Shown here: positions 6,849 to 6,959 of the stretch, piece by piece
Position numbering within the stretch: position 1 is the first letter of the stretch
Layout: each line of letters starts with the position of its first letter
Origin: Octopus sinensis
Lineage: Eukaryota
DNA length: 6,959 bases
Direction of reading: 5' to 3'
NCBI RefSeq assembly: GCF_006345805.1
Contig: NW_021829047.1
Location: forward strand, 1-6,959
The notes under the pieces: model-generated
Databases searched by the model: none
The model's input: only the letters and a program-made list of their open reading frames with translations
What the model was told of the DNA's origin: nothing
Made by a program: the position numbers and the translations under genes

Positions 6849-6959
6849 CTAGTCTGCAATAAGTTTGGTTATACTTTTACAATACTCAAAATATTTTTTT
6901 AAAAAGTTTATACAGTTGTTAATATTATTTCATTAAACAAATATAATTGGAATTTTTTT

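Larger units (their letters stand above)
6479..6852 (+). mobile_element. Apparently complete non-autonomous Helitron (374 bp)
   Basis: A6478 | TCTCTATATATATAAA... 5' end; internal (TG)14; GC-rich subterminal hairpin at 6818-6848; CTAG at 6849-6852 | T6853. The A|T insertion site has no target-site duplication, matching established Helitron termini. Confidence 0.75.

Overview
AT-rich, microsatellite-dense eukaryotic non-coding DNA. The SINE and repeat style resembles octopus/cephalopod repeats, but that is my recollection, not a search result. I find no credible host gene; most listed ORFs are translations of (TA)n, (TG)n or (GATA)n tracts or antisense shadows. The window is a patchwork of mobile-element relics: a tRNA/CORE-type SINE (~1635-1846, +); a decayed R4/Dong-like non-LTR fragment (~1846-2258, -); a 5'-truncated Tx1/L1-clade LINE 3' end with 3' UTR, AATAAA and an adjoining (TATC)n tract (~2506-3554, -); two more SINE relics (~4283-4430 and ~4501-4722, -); a CR1-group LINE fragment (~4723-5095, -); an ~87-bp-arm inverted repeat (5935-6154); and an apparently complete 374-bp non-autonomous Helitron (A|TC...CTAG|T, 6479-6852). 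The most interesting signal is a minimal type I hammerhead ribozyme motif at 5164-5276 (+), of the kind carried by Penelope-like elements. It has an unusually long helix II insert and a broken helix II closing pair. A second, much more degenerate hammerhead-like motif lies in the spacer of the inverted repeat.
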